In this document: piece by piece, positions 28,131 through 41,930 of the stretch
How the letters are laid out: every line of letters begins with the position of its first letter
Numbering within the stretch: the first letter of the stretch is position 1
Assembly (NCBI GenBank): GCA_964016885.1
Contig: OZ024746.1
Location: forward strand, 70,990,001-71,054,000
Direction: 5' to 3'
Source of the DNA: Eledone cirrhosa
Taxonomy: Eukaryota
Length of the DNA stretch: 64,000 nucleotides
The notes under the pieces: model-generated
Databases searched by the model: none
The model's input: only the letters and a program-made list of their open reading frames with translations
What the model was told of the DNA's origin: nothing
Position numbers and translations under genes: made by a program

Positions 28131-28415
28131 ATAGATTCCTGAGAAAGCAAATATTTTTTATCTATTTAATTTAAATTTCAATTAATTATTTGACTAATTT
28201 ATTGATTACTTATTTATAATATTTTCTTTACTAACTAATTTGTTAGTTTTATTTTAATTTCTAATGATTTAATTATTTAATTTTTTATTTTTTTTTTGTT
28301 TTTGTTTTTGCTTGAAATAATTATTTCCCCTTATTTCGTCAATTTGATTTTTCACTGAAAGATTCCTCCACCCATCCTACGCCTCTGCTTTCATTTCTTA
28401 AAAAAAGAAACTACA

Positions 28416-28421
28416 AATAAA
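28416..28421 (+). promoter_or_regulatory. Candidate polyadenylation signal of TTBK
   Basis: AATAAA about 290 nt after the stop, in an AT-rich 3' UTR-like stretch. Confidence 0.3.
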
Positions 28422-28614
28422 TTTGCTCATTTATGTTATGTACAGTGTATATATGCATACATACATGCACATATAACACACACACACATATGTACTGGGA
28501 GAATGTTTGCTGCAGCTGGATTCTCTTCCTAACACTAACCACTTTAAGTATACATATGTATGTATTTGTGTGTGTGTTTATATATGTATATTTATTTATA
28601 TGTATATATATATA

Positions 28615-28683
<69 letters not shown>

Positions 28684-28805
28684 ATGTATGTATGTATGTA
28701 TATATATATATATATGTATATATATATGTGTGTGTGTGTATATATGTGTGTGTGTATATATATATATAAATATATATACATACATGTATATATGTGTGTG
28801 TATAT

Positions 28806-28837
<32 letters not shown>

Positions 28838-28990
28838 GTGTGTGTATATATGTGTGTGTGTGTATATATGTGTGTGTGTGTGTGTATATATATAAATATA
28901 TATACATACATGTATATATGAATGTATAAATGAATATATATATATAAATATATATACATACATGTATATATGAATGTATAAATGAATATA

Positions 28991-29047
<57 letters not shown>

Positions 29048-29058
29048 CTATGTATATA

Positions 29059-29957
29059 TGAGGTGGTATCAAAAGTTTCCGGACTAGTTCTTTAGCACAT
29101 CAACAGATGGCAACACACAATTGCACATGCAGTGAGAGTTAGCAGTGACCTTCATGCACCAGTGTGCCGAGTGGCATCGCTGTGTTCACTTCACAAATTG
29201 TGAAATTTGTGTTTTTGTGATCATGTATATGTTGTAGCCTGTAATTTTGTGATGAACAGGAAGTTGGAACAAAGAGCCAATGTGAAATTTTGCATTCAAC
29301 TTGGGAAGTTTGCTACAGAGACATTGAGCATGCTTCAGCAAGCTTATGGTGACAAAGTAGTGGGTCATCTCCATGACCAAAGAAGGCACAACAGAGCCGC
29401 AGCTCAATCAAGAGCATGCTCATCGTTTTTTTCGACATCCACGGTATTGTGCATTGAGAATTTGTCCCACTGGGTCAGACCTTCAATCGTATTTTCTACG
29501 GCAGCGTTATGAGGCATTTGAGGGAGGACGTTTGGCAAAAGCGACTGAATTTGTAGAGCACGGAAAATTGGATTCTTCACGACAACAATGCATCCTGCCA
29601 CCGAGCACTCTTAATTCACAAGTTTCTCGCCAAAAACAACATTGCATTGCTTCTGCACTCGCCCTATTCACCAGATTTTTGCTCCTGCAGACTTCCATCT
29701 CTTCCCCAAGCTGAAAAGGCAGCTCAAAGGTTTCTGTTTTTACACTGTTGCCGAGATCCAGAGTGACTTGCAGAAAGTCCTCAACTCACCTATGGGAAAT
29801 GACTTCCAGGTCGGATTCCAAAAGTAACAGGAAAGTTGGGACTAGTGTATTGCTGCACAAGGTGACTATTTTGAAGGAGAACGATGTTAAAACTTAGGTA
29901 AATGTATTATTTTTTTTAAAAACATAACTAGTCCAGGAACGCTTTGATACCACCTCA
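29059..29957 (+). mobile_element. Internally deleted mariner (Tc1/mariner) DNA transposon
   Basis: About 29-bp imperfect TIRs (tgaggtggtatcaaaagtttccggactag / ctagtccaggaacgctttgataccacctca) in TA-rich flanks; N-terminal EQRANVKFCIQLGK..ETLSMLQQAYGD and frameshifted C-terminal MLIVFFDIHG, WILHDNNA, PYSPD-APADFHLFPKLK. Confidence 0.93.
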
Positions 29958-30085
29958 TGTATATATGTGTATATATGTAATATATATGTGTACATATATA
30001 TACATGTGTATATATGTGTGTATATATGTGTATATATATATATGTGTGTATATATATGTGTGTATATATATAAAATGTATATAAA

Positions 30086-30140
<55 letters not shown>

Positions 30141-30157
30141 ATATATATATATATAAA

Positions 30158-30195
<38 letters not shown>

Positions 30196-30296
30196 CATCA
30201 TCATCATTATCGTTTAACGTCTATCTTCCACGCTAGCATGGGTTTAGACGGGAATTGTCCCACTTGAGGCAAGATTAGTTGTCTCTATCATATGGG

Positions 30297-30432
<136 letters not shown>

Positions 30433-30539
30433 CATATATATATACACACACACATCATCATCATCATCATCATCATCGTTTAACGTCCATCTTCCATGCT
30501 AGCATGGGTTTGTGTATGTGTATAATTAGCAGTGGAGGA

Positions 30540-31050
30540 GGGTGTTCAGAAAGCACAGAGTTAGAACGGGTTGGAGAAAGGTCAGGTATCTACTACTGCT
30601 GCTAACTATAAAAGTGCTTTTCAATCAAAATTAAGGGCAGATTGTACGATGCATGTATATGAAAAGCAGTGTTTCATGGAAGTGAGACCTGGGCTTTGTG
30701 TGCAGAGGACCTGTGAAGATTGAAAGAAATGAAGCTTCCATGCTTTAATGGATGTGTAATAGTAATATACATGAACAACAACACATAAATGAACTGAGAG
30801 AGAAATTGGGCATAAGAGAGATCAGATGCAGTGTGCAGGTGAGGAGATCGTGTTAGTGTGGCCATGTGATATGTATAAAAGATGACAGCTGTATAAAAAA
30901 AGTGCAGAGGGCTCAAAGTTGATGGAAGCTATGGAGTAGGAAGACTTGGAATGAAGTGAGAAAAGCTGACCTTGCTCAATTGCACCTCTCAAAGGCGATG
31001 ACACAGGACTGTGATCTCTGGCATTATGCAGTAATACCGAAGACCCGCCT
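30540..31050 (+). mobile_element. RTE-type LINE 3' fragment
   Basis: [32 protein letters not shown]; homologous to 34935-35326 and 31865-32310. Confidence 0.75.
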
Positions 31051-31864
31051 TCCCATGTGCATACATCTAAAGTTCGCCACCTTCCCCTCCATCACCCCTT
31101 TTATACACCCCCATGTCGTAACACTTCATCCACATCCTAACATTCCACCCATGTCCTAACACCTCACCACCCACCCATGCCCCTAGATCTACCTCTCCAA
31201 TCCCCATGCATATCCCACACCCAGGTCCCCAGTTGACACTGTAAAGTGATCATTTTTGATATCATGACAAGGAGCATCCAGTCCACACTGTAAATTTGTT
31301 ATGTTGGTGACACAACAAAAAGTGTCCAGCCCACATTGTAAAGTGGTCATGTATGTACCACGATAAAAGGCACTCAGTCTACACTGTAAATGTGGCTGGC
31401 ATTAGGAAGGGCATCCATAAAAACCAAGCCAAAATCAGATCTGTATGAGCAAGATGTGGTTTCCAGACATGACCACCTTACAGAATGAACTGGGTGCTTT
31501 TTGTCATGTCACCAGCACGACCACGTTACAGAATGAACTGGGTGATTTTTGTCATGTCACCAACACAACCACCTTACAGGATGGATTGGGTGCTTTTGTT
31601 GTGGCAATGATATTGTGGGACATCAATGTAGAGTATATCCAGCTTTCATACTTGTATGCATATGTGGGCAGGTGAGGTGTATCAGAGGTGAGGATTTGGA
31701 AGAGGGTGGGGGTCAGGTAATCAAGTTGAACATGGCCGAGGTATGTGGGATATTTAGCAGGTGAGAGTGGGTATTAAGACTGGGGAGAAGTGAATGGGGA
31801 GGGGTGGAGAGAGGATTGGTGTAGACTAGTGTGTCCTTTACATGTTTGTTTCATTTCATTTTGT

Positions 31865-32310
31865 GCACATGGGAAGGCAGGTCTTCTGCAGTATTATGCT
31901 AAAGATTTTGATCCTGTGTTATCTCCTTTGTGAGGTTTAATTGGGCAAGGTTAGCTTGTATCACTTCATCCCAAGCTTTCCTAGGTCTTCCATTTCCATA
32001 TTTCTGTAGACTTTATATACAGCTGCCATTCTCCATATGCATCACATGTCCAAACAACCACAATCACCTCTCCTGTACACTGCATCTGACCCCTCAGAAG
32101 CCTAGTTTCTCTCTCGGATCATTGACACTTCACCATTCATGCACACGACTATTACAGATTCATTTTGTTCCAATGTTTGTAGGTCCCCTACACACAGTGC
32201 CAAGGTCTCACTCTCATGCAGCACTGATGTTAGTACACAAGTATTATACAATCTACCTTTCATTTTGAGGGAAAAACCTTTTGTAGCTAGCAAATCACTG
32301 AAGATCACTA
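31865..32310 (-). mobile_element. RTE-type LINE 3' fragment
   Basis: LLATKGFSLKMKGRLYNTCVLTSVLHESETLALC. Confidence 0.75.
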
Positions 32311-33619
32311 AATAACAAAAGCTATTGACTACTTCTATGGAACCATCTGAGCATTTAAAAGGACTAATTTCCTATATGGTGTTATTTAACTCAACAGAAG
32401 GTGATCTCTGACTTTCATTTGATAGGTTTGATGCTGAGTGCTGCTTGGCTTGAATGAAAATCAGTGCTGCAAAAACTGAAACACACATCCTCTCAAGGAA
32501 GCCTGTGCAGTGGTCAGGTTGGTGACACGACAAAAAGCGCCCGGTCTGCCCTATGAGGTGGCCGTGATAGGGCTACAACGAAAAGCACCTAGTCCACCAT
32601 ATAGTGTGGCCATGTTAGTGACATGACACAATAAATGCCCAGTCCACCCTGTAAAGTGCTTCAGTTGATGACACAACAAAAGTACCCTGTCCAACCTGCG
32701 CCGTAGTTGTGTTCACAAGATGTCAAAAAGCGCCCAGTCCACACTGTAAGGTGGTTGTGCTGGTTCCATGATACAAAGCATCCAGTCCACACTATACTGT
32801 ATGCAGACTAATGTGTGTTTCAGCAAATTGCGGGTTCCATGTGGAAACATCTGTGCTACAAAAATTTGTATATTTCTAATGATACTCTACGTTTACCAAA
32901 ACACAAGTTGGTCTGTGTGCATTCATTCATTTATTCATCATTATCATCATCTACATTTTATTTCCATTGTTACCTGCTGTCATCAGCTGGTTGGGTCATC
33001 ACAGACCAAGCCAGTACTTACTCTGAGCTATTGTGGGTCTGAGGGCCAAATCTCAGTTACTTATGTTCCAGTTTTGGCAGAGGTTCCATAGCTGTATGCC
33101 CTTCCAAATGTCAATATCTTTAAAGAGTGTATGAGGTACATTTTATTGTGGCACCAGCACAAAGGAGATTGTCATGTCCTCTGAACTCTTTGTTTGGCAT
33201 AGCTTTTATGGGTGGATGCCCTTCCTAACACCAACATTTTACTGAGTGTACTGGATGTATTTTATAATGACACCCACACTTGATACATTGACAGATTATT
33301 CATTTAGCTGAAGACCCCTCTCTACCCAATGTTTTTATCAGCTAAAGACAACCATTTCTCAGGGACTACCCTATTTTATATGCAATTTTCACGATACACA
33401 CACATATATATATACACACATACTAGTTTCAATCATTTGACTGCAACCATCGCCATCAACATTAACATTCTTTTTCCATGCTTGTATGAGTTAGACGGGT
33501 TGTCACATAAGACAAGTCAGGTTTAGAGACCACATCATGCTCATACAGATCTGTATTTTGACTTGGTTTCTACTGCTGGATGCCCTTCCTAACATTAATC
33601 GTGTTACATTGTGGATTAG

Positions 33620-34395
33620 TTGCTTTTTGTCATGTCACCAACATGACCACTTTATAGTGTGGTCTGAGTGCTTTTTGTTGTGTCACAGGCACAACCACCT
33701 TACAGAGTGAATTGTGCACTTTTTGTCATGTCTCCAGCACGACCACCTTACTGGGTGAACTGGGTGCTATTTGTCATGTCACCAGCACGACCACCTTGCA
33801 GGGTGAACTGGGTGCTTTTTGTTATGTCACCATCATGATCACATTACAGGGTGAACTGGGTGCTTTTTGCATGTCACCAGCACGACCACCTTACAGGGTG
33901 AACTGGGTGCTTTTTGTTATGTCACCATCATGATCACATTACAGGGTGAACTGGGTGCTTTTTGCATGTCACCAGCACGACCACCTTACAGGGTGAACTG
34001 GGTGCTTTTTGTCATGTCACCAGCACGACCACCTTACAGTGTGGACTTGGTGCTTTTTCTCGTATCACCATCATAATCACATTACAGGGTGAACTGGGTG
34101 CTTTTTGCCATGTCACCAGCACGACCACCTTACAGGGTGAACTGGGTGCTTTTTGTCATGTCACCAGCATGACCACCTAACAGTGTGGACTGGGTGCTTT
34201 TTCTCATATCACCATCATGATCACATTACAAGGTGAACTGGGTGCTTTTTGTAATGTCACCAGCACCACTACCTTACAGGGTGAACTGGGTGTTTTTTGT
34301 CATGTCACCAACACGACCACCTTACAGGGTGAACTTGGTGCTTTTTCTTGTATCACCATCACCATCATGATCACATTACAGGATGGAATGGGTGC
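33620..34395. repeat. ~41-42-bp minisatellite, about 18 units
   Basis: Consensus gtcatgtcaccagcacgaccaccttacagggtgaactgggtgctttt; shorter arrays at 31470-31600 and, inverted, at 31220-31390 and 32510-32800. Confidence 0.9.
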
Positions 34396-34402
34396 TTATA
34401 TA

Positions 34403-34514
<112 letters not shown>

Positions 34515-34722
34515 CACACACACACACATAAATCCGGAAAAAATTAATTGATAAAAACCCGATCGTATTCTGAAGGAATGTCTATTACTAAGTACCTTAT
34601 GCATCAGTGGCCAGACAGTCACTGAGGTATAGTACTTTCTACTGGTGCTCTCGAAATCTCGCTACACTGTGATGTCACAGCGCTGTTGTCACGTAAAGAT
34701 TATGGATTTATCTGTGCCACAC

Positions 34723-34755
<33 letters not shown>

Positions 34756-34934
34756 ATGTATATATATATATATATGTGTGTGTGTATATATGTGTATATA
34801 TGTATATATATATATATGTATATATGTGTATATATATATATGTGTGTATATAGGTGTATATATATATGTGTATATATATATATGTGTATATATATATATG
34901 TGTATATATATATGTGTGTGTATATATGTGTATA

Positions 34935-35326
34935 TATGGCAGTGAGACTTGGGCATTGTGTGCAGAGGATATACGCAGACTGGAGAGGAACGAAGCTTGC
35001 ATGCTCCATTGGATGTGTAATAGTAATATACGTGAACAGCAAAGCATAAACGAACTAAGGGAGAAATTAGGAATAAGAGGGATCAGATGTTGTTTACTCG
35101 AGAGAAGACTACGTTGGTATGGTCACGTGATGCGCATGAAAGACGACAGCTGTATAAAAAAGTGCAGGGCAATAAAATAGATGGTAGCCACGGAGTAGGC
35201 AGACCCAGAAAAACCTGGGACGACTTGATAAATTCCAACTTCACACACTTACACCTCTCCAAGACAATGTCACTGGACCGAGATCTTTGGCGTTACACAG
35301 TAATACAGAAGACCCGCCTTGCCTAA
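34935..35326 (+). mobile_element. RTE-type LINE 3' fragment
   Basis: [29 protein letters not shown]...[12 protein letters not shown]...GRPRKTWDD. Confidence 0.85.
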
Positions 35327-35477
35327 GTACAAAGCGAAACCTACAGTCAGTAGGCACCTCTAACAAAAATACACCCCCCACCCCACCCCCACCCATCCAC
35401 ACCACCCCTTTCGATGTTAAGTTATGTTGGTACCACAACATCCAGTCCGAAATAAATGAGGTTGTGTGTGTGTCATG

Positions 35478-35706
35478 ATAAAAAAACACACGGTCCACGC
35501 TGTAATGTGGCCGTGTAGGTAACACGGTAAAAACCTCCCAGTCCACACTGTAAACGTGGTTGGTGTTAGGAAGGGCATCCAGCCGTAGAAAACCCGCCAG
35601 ACAGTCCTATACGAGTAAGACAACCACTCTTGCCTCAAGGGGGAAAACTCCCATCCAAACCCATGCAAGCGTAGAAGATGGACGTTAAACGATGATGATG
35701 ATGATT
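35478..35706 (+). mobile_element. SINE copy nearly identical to 5191-5415
   Basis: Direct sequence similarity; (GAT)n tail. Confidence 0.75.
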
Positions 35707-36033
35707 ATGTATGTGTATATATATATATATATCTGTATATATGTATGTGTATATATATATATGTATATGTATGTATGTGTATATATGTGTATATATATAT
35801 ATATATGTGGGTGTATATATGTATGTGTATATATATGTGTGTGTGTATATATATAAATATATATATAAATGTATATGTGTATATGTATATGTGTGTATAT
35901 ATATGTGTATGTATATGTGTGTGTATATATATGTATGTATATGTGTGTATATATATATGTATGTATATGTGTGTATATATATATGTATGTAGATGTGTGT
36001 ATATATATATGTATGTACATGTGTTTATATATA

Positions 36034-36064
<31 letters not shown>

Positions 36065-36583
36065 GTGTATATATATAAATAAATATATGTGTGTATATGT
36101 ATGTATATATATATATGTATATGTGTGTATATGTATGTATATACATGTGTATATATATGTATATATACATGTGTATATATATGTATATATACATGTGTAT
36201 ATATATGTATATATATATGTATATGTATGTATATGTATTTGTATATATATATATGTATATGTATATATGTATATATATGTATGTATATATATGTATCTGT
36301 ATATGTATGTATATATATGTATGTGTATATGTATGTATATATATGTATATATATATGTATGTGTATATGTATGTATATATATGTATATATATATGTATGG
36401 GTATATGTATGTATATATATGTATATATATATGTATGTGTATATGTATGTATATATATGTATATATATGTATGTGTATATGTATATATGTATGTATATAT
36501 ATATGTATGTATATGTATGTATGTATATGTATGTATATATATATGTATGTATATATATATGTATATATATATGTATGTATATG

Positions 36584-36645
<62 letters not shown>

Positions 36646-36875
36646 TATGTATATATATATATGTATATATATATATGTGGATATGTATATATATATATAC
36701 ATATGTGTGGATATGTATATATATATATGTGGATATGTATATATATATATATATACATATGTGTGGATATGTATATATATATATATGTGGATATGTATAT
36801 ATATATGTGGATATGTATATATATATGTGGATATGTATATATATATGTATATGTATATGTTTGTGTATATATATG

Positions 36876-36906
<31 letters not shown>

Positions 36907-36913
36907 GTATATG

Positions 36914-36958
<45 letters not shown>

Positions 36959-37007
36959 GTATATGTGTATATGTATATGTATATATATATATATGTATAT
37001 GTATATG

Positions 37008-37049
<42 letters not shown>

Positions 37050-37065
37050 TATATGTATACATATA

Positions 37066-37109
<44 letters not shown>

Positions 37110-37886
37110 ATATGTATATATATATATGTATATATATATATGTATATATATATATGTATATATATATATGTATATATATATATGTATATATATATGTATA
37201 TATATATATGTATATATATATATGTATATATATATATGTATATATATATATATGTATATGTATATATATATGTATATATATATATATATGTTATNNNNNN
37301 NNNNNNNNNNNNNNNNNNNNNNNNNNNNNNNNNNNNNNNNNNNNNNNNNNNNNNNNNNNNNNNNNNNNNNNNNNNNNNNNNNNNNNNNNNNNNNNNNNNN
37401 NNNNNNNNNNNNNNNNNNNNNNNNNNNNNNNNNNNNNNNNNNNNNNNNNNNNNNNNNNNNNNNNNNNNNNNNNNNNNNNNNNNNNNNNNNNNNNATAAAT
37501 ATTTGACATGACCAAGGATAATATACCTTAATGGTTCAAGTTATCCCTGGAAAGTGTATATATATATATATTATTATACATACATACATATATATGTATA
37601 CATACATATATGTATACATACATACACATATATGTATACATACATACATATATATGTATACATACATACATATATATGTATATATACATACATACATATA
37701 TATGTGTACATACATACATATCTATATGTATACATACATATACATGTATACATACATATACATGTATACATACATATATATGTATACATGCATACATATG
37801 TATACACACATATATTTGTATGTATACATACATATATATGTGTGTGTATATATATATATATGTGTGTGTATATATATATATACATA

Positions 37887-37930
<44 letters not shown>
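35707..37930. repeat. Long compound (TA)/(TG)/(TATG) microsatellite spanning an assembly gap
   Basis: Direct inspection; 200 N at 37295-37494. Confidence 0.95.
37295..37494. other. Assembly gap (200 N)
   Basis: Run of N. Confidence 1.
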
Positions 37931-37932
<2 letters not shown>

Positions 37933-38289
37933 TTTGTGGTTTTCATTTGTTTTTTTTATTGTTTTTTTTTTTAGAGTGAGTCATCTGTAGAAGGTTCATG
38001 ATGAAAAGAAGGGAAAGAAGACTTGATATGGGAAAGAAAGAAAGAACAGCAAGCAATTAAGGAACCAACAGCAACAACAATGAAAATTAAAAGCAATGAA
38101 GAGGAGGAAGGAGGAAGAGATACTGGGGAAGTGAGGAGGTTCAGAAAGATAGAAAAGATGAAAGGCAAGCTAGAGAGGAGAACAACAACAACAACAACAA
38201 ATACAAGATGGGGAGAAAGGGGAGACAAACAAAAACAAAAAAAACAACACACACAAATATTGTATAACTTCAAACTCCTTCCCGCCATT

Positions 38290-39207
38290 ACAATTCCTAC
38301 CGATACTACCACCTTCACTACCACTATAACAAGTCCCACCGCGACTACTACTACTACATTTAGTACCACTACTATAAGTACCACTGCTACTACTACTTCC
38401 ACTACCACTATAAGAAGTCCCACCATGACTACTACTACCTCTAGTACCACTATTACAAGTACCACTGCTACTACTACTACTACTACATTTAGTACCACTA
38501 CTACAAGTACCACCACTACTACTACTTCATTTAGTACCACCACTACTACTACTTCATTTAGTACCACTACTACAAGTACCACCACTACTACTACTTCATT
38601 TAGTACCACTACTACAAGTACCACCACTACTACTACTACATTTAGTACCACTACTACAAGTACCACCACTAGTACTACATTTAGTACCACTATTACAAGT
38701 ACCACTACTACTACTACTTCATTTAGTACCACTACTACCAGTCCCACCGCTACTACTACTTCTACTACTACATTTAGTACCACTACTACAAGTCCCACCG
38801 CTACTACTACTTCTACTATATTTAGTACCACTACTACAAGTCCCACCGCTACTACTACTTCTACTACATTTAGTACCACTACTACCAGTCCCACCGCTAC
38901 TACTACTTCTACTATATTTAGTACCACTACTACAAGTCCCACCGCTACTACTACTTCTACTATATTTAGTACCACTACTACAAGTCCCACCGCTACTACT
39001 ACTTCTACTATATTTAGTACCACTACTACAAGTCCCACCGCTACTACTACTTCTACTACATTTAGTACCACTACTACCAGTCCCACCGCTACTACTACTT
39101 CTACTACTACATTTAGTGCCACTACTACAAGTACCACCGCTACTACTACAACTTCCACCGCTACTACTACAACTTCCACCACTACTTCTTCTACTACCAC
39201 CACCACC

Positions 39208-39239
<32 letters not shown>

Positions 39240-39550
39240 CTTTACTAAGATTACTACAACTCCCACTGCTACTACTACCACAACTCACTGCTACTATTGC
39301 TATCCCTACAACTACAACTATCCCACCACTACTACTGCTTCTACTATCACACTTACTACCACTCCTACTGCCATTCCTGCTACCACCACTCCTGCTTCTG
39401 CCACTGCTACAGCTTTTACCACAACTACTATCACTACCACTCCTACTGCTATTTCTACTACCACCACTACTGCTTCTTCTACCACTGCTACTACTGCCTC
39501 TACTAATACTAACCTCCACTACTACTACCAACAACAACAACAACAGCAGC
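38290..39550. repeat. ACT/ACC trinucleotide-derived minisatellite with ~42-45-bp higher-order unit
   Basis: Repeating tttagtaccactactacaagtcccaccgctactactacttctacta. Confidence 0.9.
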
Positions 39551-40139
39551 AACTGGTCAACAAGAAATTCTTATTGATCCCCCCTCCCTCACCAAATTGT
39601 TTACCTCTTACCTTCACTCATGCACGCCCCCTCCCCCTTTCACAGGAACACTCTTTTATTTGGCATTCCAACTCTCCCCCTCCTCACCTTTGTACCACTG
39701 CTTCTTTCCCACCACCACCACCACCACCACCACCACCTCATACCACTACCTGCTCTGCCTTACCTCATACTTCCCCTCCGTCCACACATCGCCATCCCTC
39801 CCTCCCTCCTCCTCTTCACTGTCCACCCAACACTCTCCAATGTACACTTTGATCAGCTCCAATCCAGTTCGATCCAGTTCTTCTCTGGCATGCTTTTTTT
39901 TGTTGTTGTTTTGTTTTGCTATAAAATCCAGCAAAGGTCCTTCATCCCACCCTTTCTTTCCTCTGCTGACTTCTAGAGTGGTGGGGGTGATTTGGGAAAA
40001 GTATGTAGGACACTGCCCCCTCCCCCCCGCAACCGCCACCAGTTTGCCATGCTACCCCAAAATCGCCATTACCACTACCTCATCTAATACCACAGCTTCC
40101 ATTAATGGCCACCTCTGTTGACTATGCTGCCTCTAGAGA

Positions 40140-41207
40140 TACAACAACAATACAATCACTCCGACTACATCACTACCATCACTAATAGTAACACCACTAA
40201 CATCGACAGCAACAGTGACACCACTAACAACATCACAACCAACTGTACTTCCAATACCAACACAACACCACCAAAGCCACCACCACCAACACTACCAACA
40301 ACAACAACAACACTTCTAATACCAACACTACACCACCACCACCACCAACACTAACAAAGCCACTACAATCATCAACAACATCAACAGTGACACCACTAAC
40401 ATCACAACCAACAATACTTCCACTACCAACACCACCACCAACAACAACAACAACCACAACACTTCTAATACCAACACAACACCACCCCCACCAACACTAC
40501 CAAAGCCACTACAATCATCAACAACATCAACAGTGACACCACTAACATCACAACCAACAATACTTCCACTACCACCACCACCACCAACAACAACAACAAC
40601 CACAGCACTTCTGATACCAACACAACACCACCACCACCAACACTACCAAAGCCACTACAATCATCAACAACATCAACAGTGACACCACTAACATCACAAC
40701 CAACAATACTTCCACTACCAACACCACCACCAACAACAACAACAACCACAACACTTCTAATACCAACACAACACCACCCCCACCAACACTACCAAAGCCA
40801 CTACAATCATCAACAACATCAACAGTGACACCACTAACATCACAACCAACAATACTTCCACTACCAACACCACCACCACCAACAACAACAACAACAACAC
40901 TTCTGATACCAACACAACACCACCACCACCAACACTACCAAAGCCACTACAATCATCAACAACATCAACAGTGACACCACTAACATCACAACCAACTATA
41001 CTTCCACTACCAACACAACAACACCACCACCACCAACAACAACACTTCTAATACCACCACCACCACCAACAACAACAACAACCACAGCACTTCTGATACC
41101 AACACAACACCACCACCACCAACACTACCAAAGCCACTACAATCATCAACAACATCAACAGTGACACCACTAACATCACAACCAACAATACTTCCACTAC
41201 CAACACC

Positions 41208-41239
<32 letters not shown>

Positions 41240-41356
41240 CACTTCTGATACCAACACAACACCACCCCCACCAACACTACCAAAGCCACTACAATCATCA
41301 ACAACATCAACAGTGACACCACTAACATCACAACCAACAATACTTCCACTACCAAC

Positions 41357-41387
<31 letters not shown>

Positions 41388-41930
41388 CTTCTAATACCAA
41401 CACTACACCACCACCACCACCAACACTACCAAAGCCACTACAATCATCAACATCAACAGTGACACTACTAACACCACCACCACCACTACCAGCAACAACA
41501 ACAACACTTCTAATACCACCACCAACAACAACACTTCTAATACCAACACTACACCACCACCACCACCGCCAACACTACCAAAGCCACTACAATCATCAAC
41601 AACATCAACAGTGACACTACTAACAACACCACCACCACTACCAGCAACAACAACAACACTTCTAATACCACCACCAACAACAACAACAACACTTCTAATA
41701 CCAACACCACACCACCACCACCACCACCGCCAACACTACCAAAGCCACTACAATCATCAACAACATCAACAGTGACACTACTAACAACACCACCACCACT
41801 ACCAGCAACAACAACAACACTTCTAATACCACCACCAACAACAACACTTCTAATACCAACACTACACCACCACCACCACCACCACCACCAACACTACCAA
41901 AGCCACTACATTCAACGACCACCTTGATAC
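40140..41930. repeat. CAA/CAC-derived tandem repeat, ~140-bp unit, about 11 copies
   Basis: Repeating aaagccactacaatcatcaacaacatcaacagtgacaccactaacatcacaaccaacaatacttcc. Confidence 0.9.

Noticed and set aside
33620-34395. CRISPR-like regular array
   Set aside because: Units are contiguous with no unique spacers; eukaryotic context and no cas genes
35685-37990. Long Y/I/M/C/V/H/T-rich ORFs (up to 588 aa), and similar ORFs at 2060-3123, 20032-20990, 24124-24632 and 28411-29072
   Set aside because: Translations of (TA)/(TG)/(CA) microsatellites, open in several frames on both strands; some run through N
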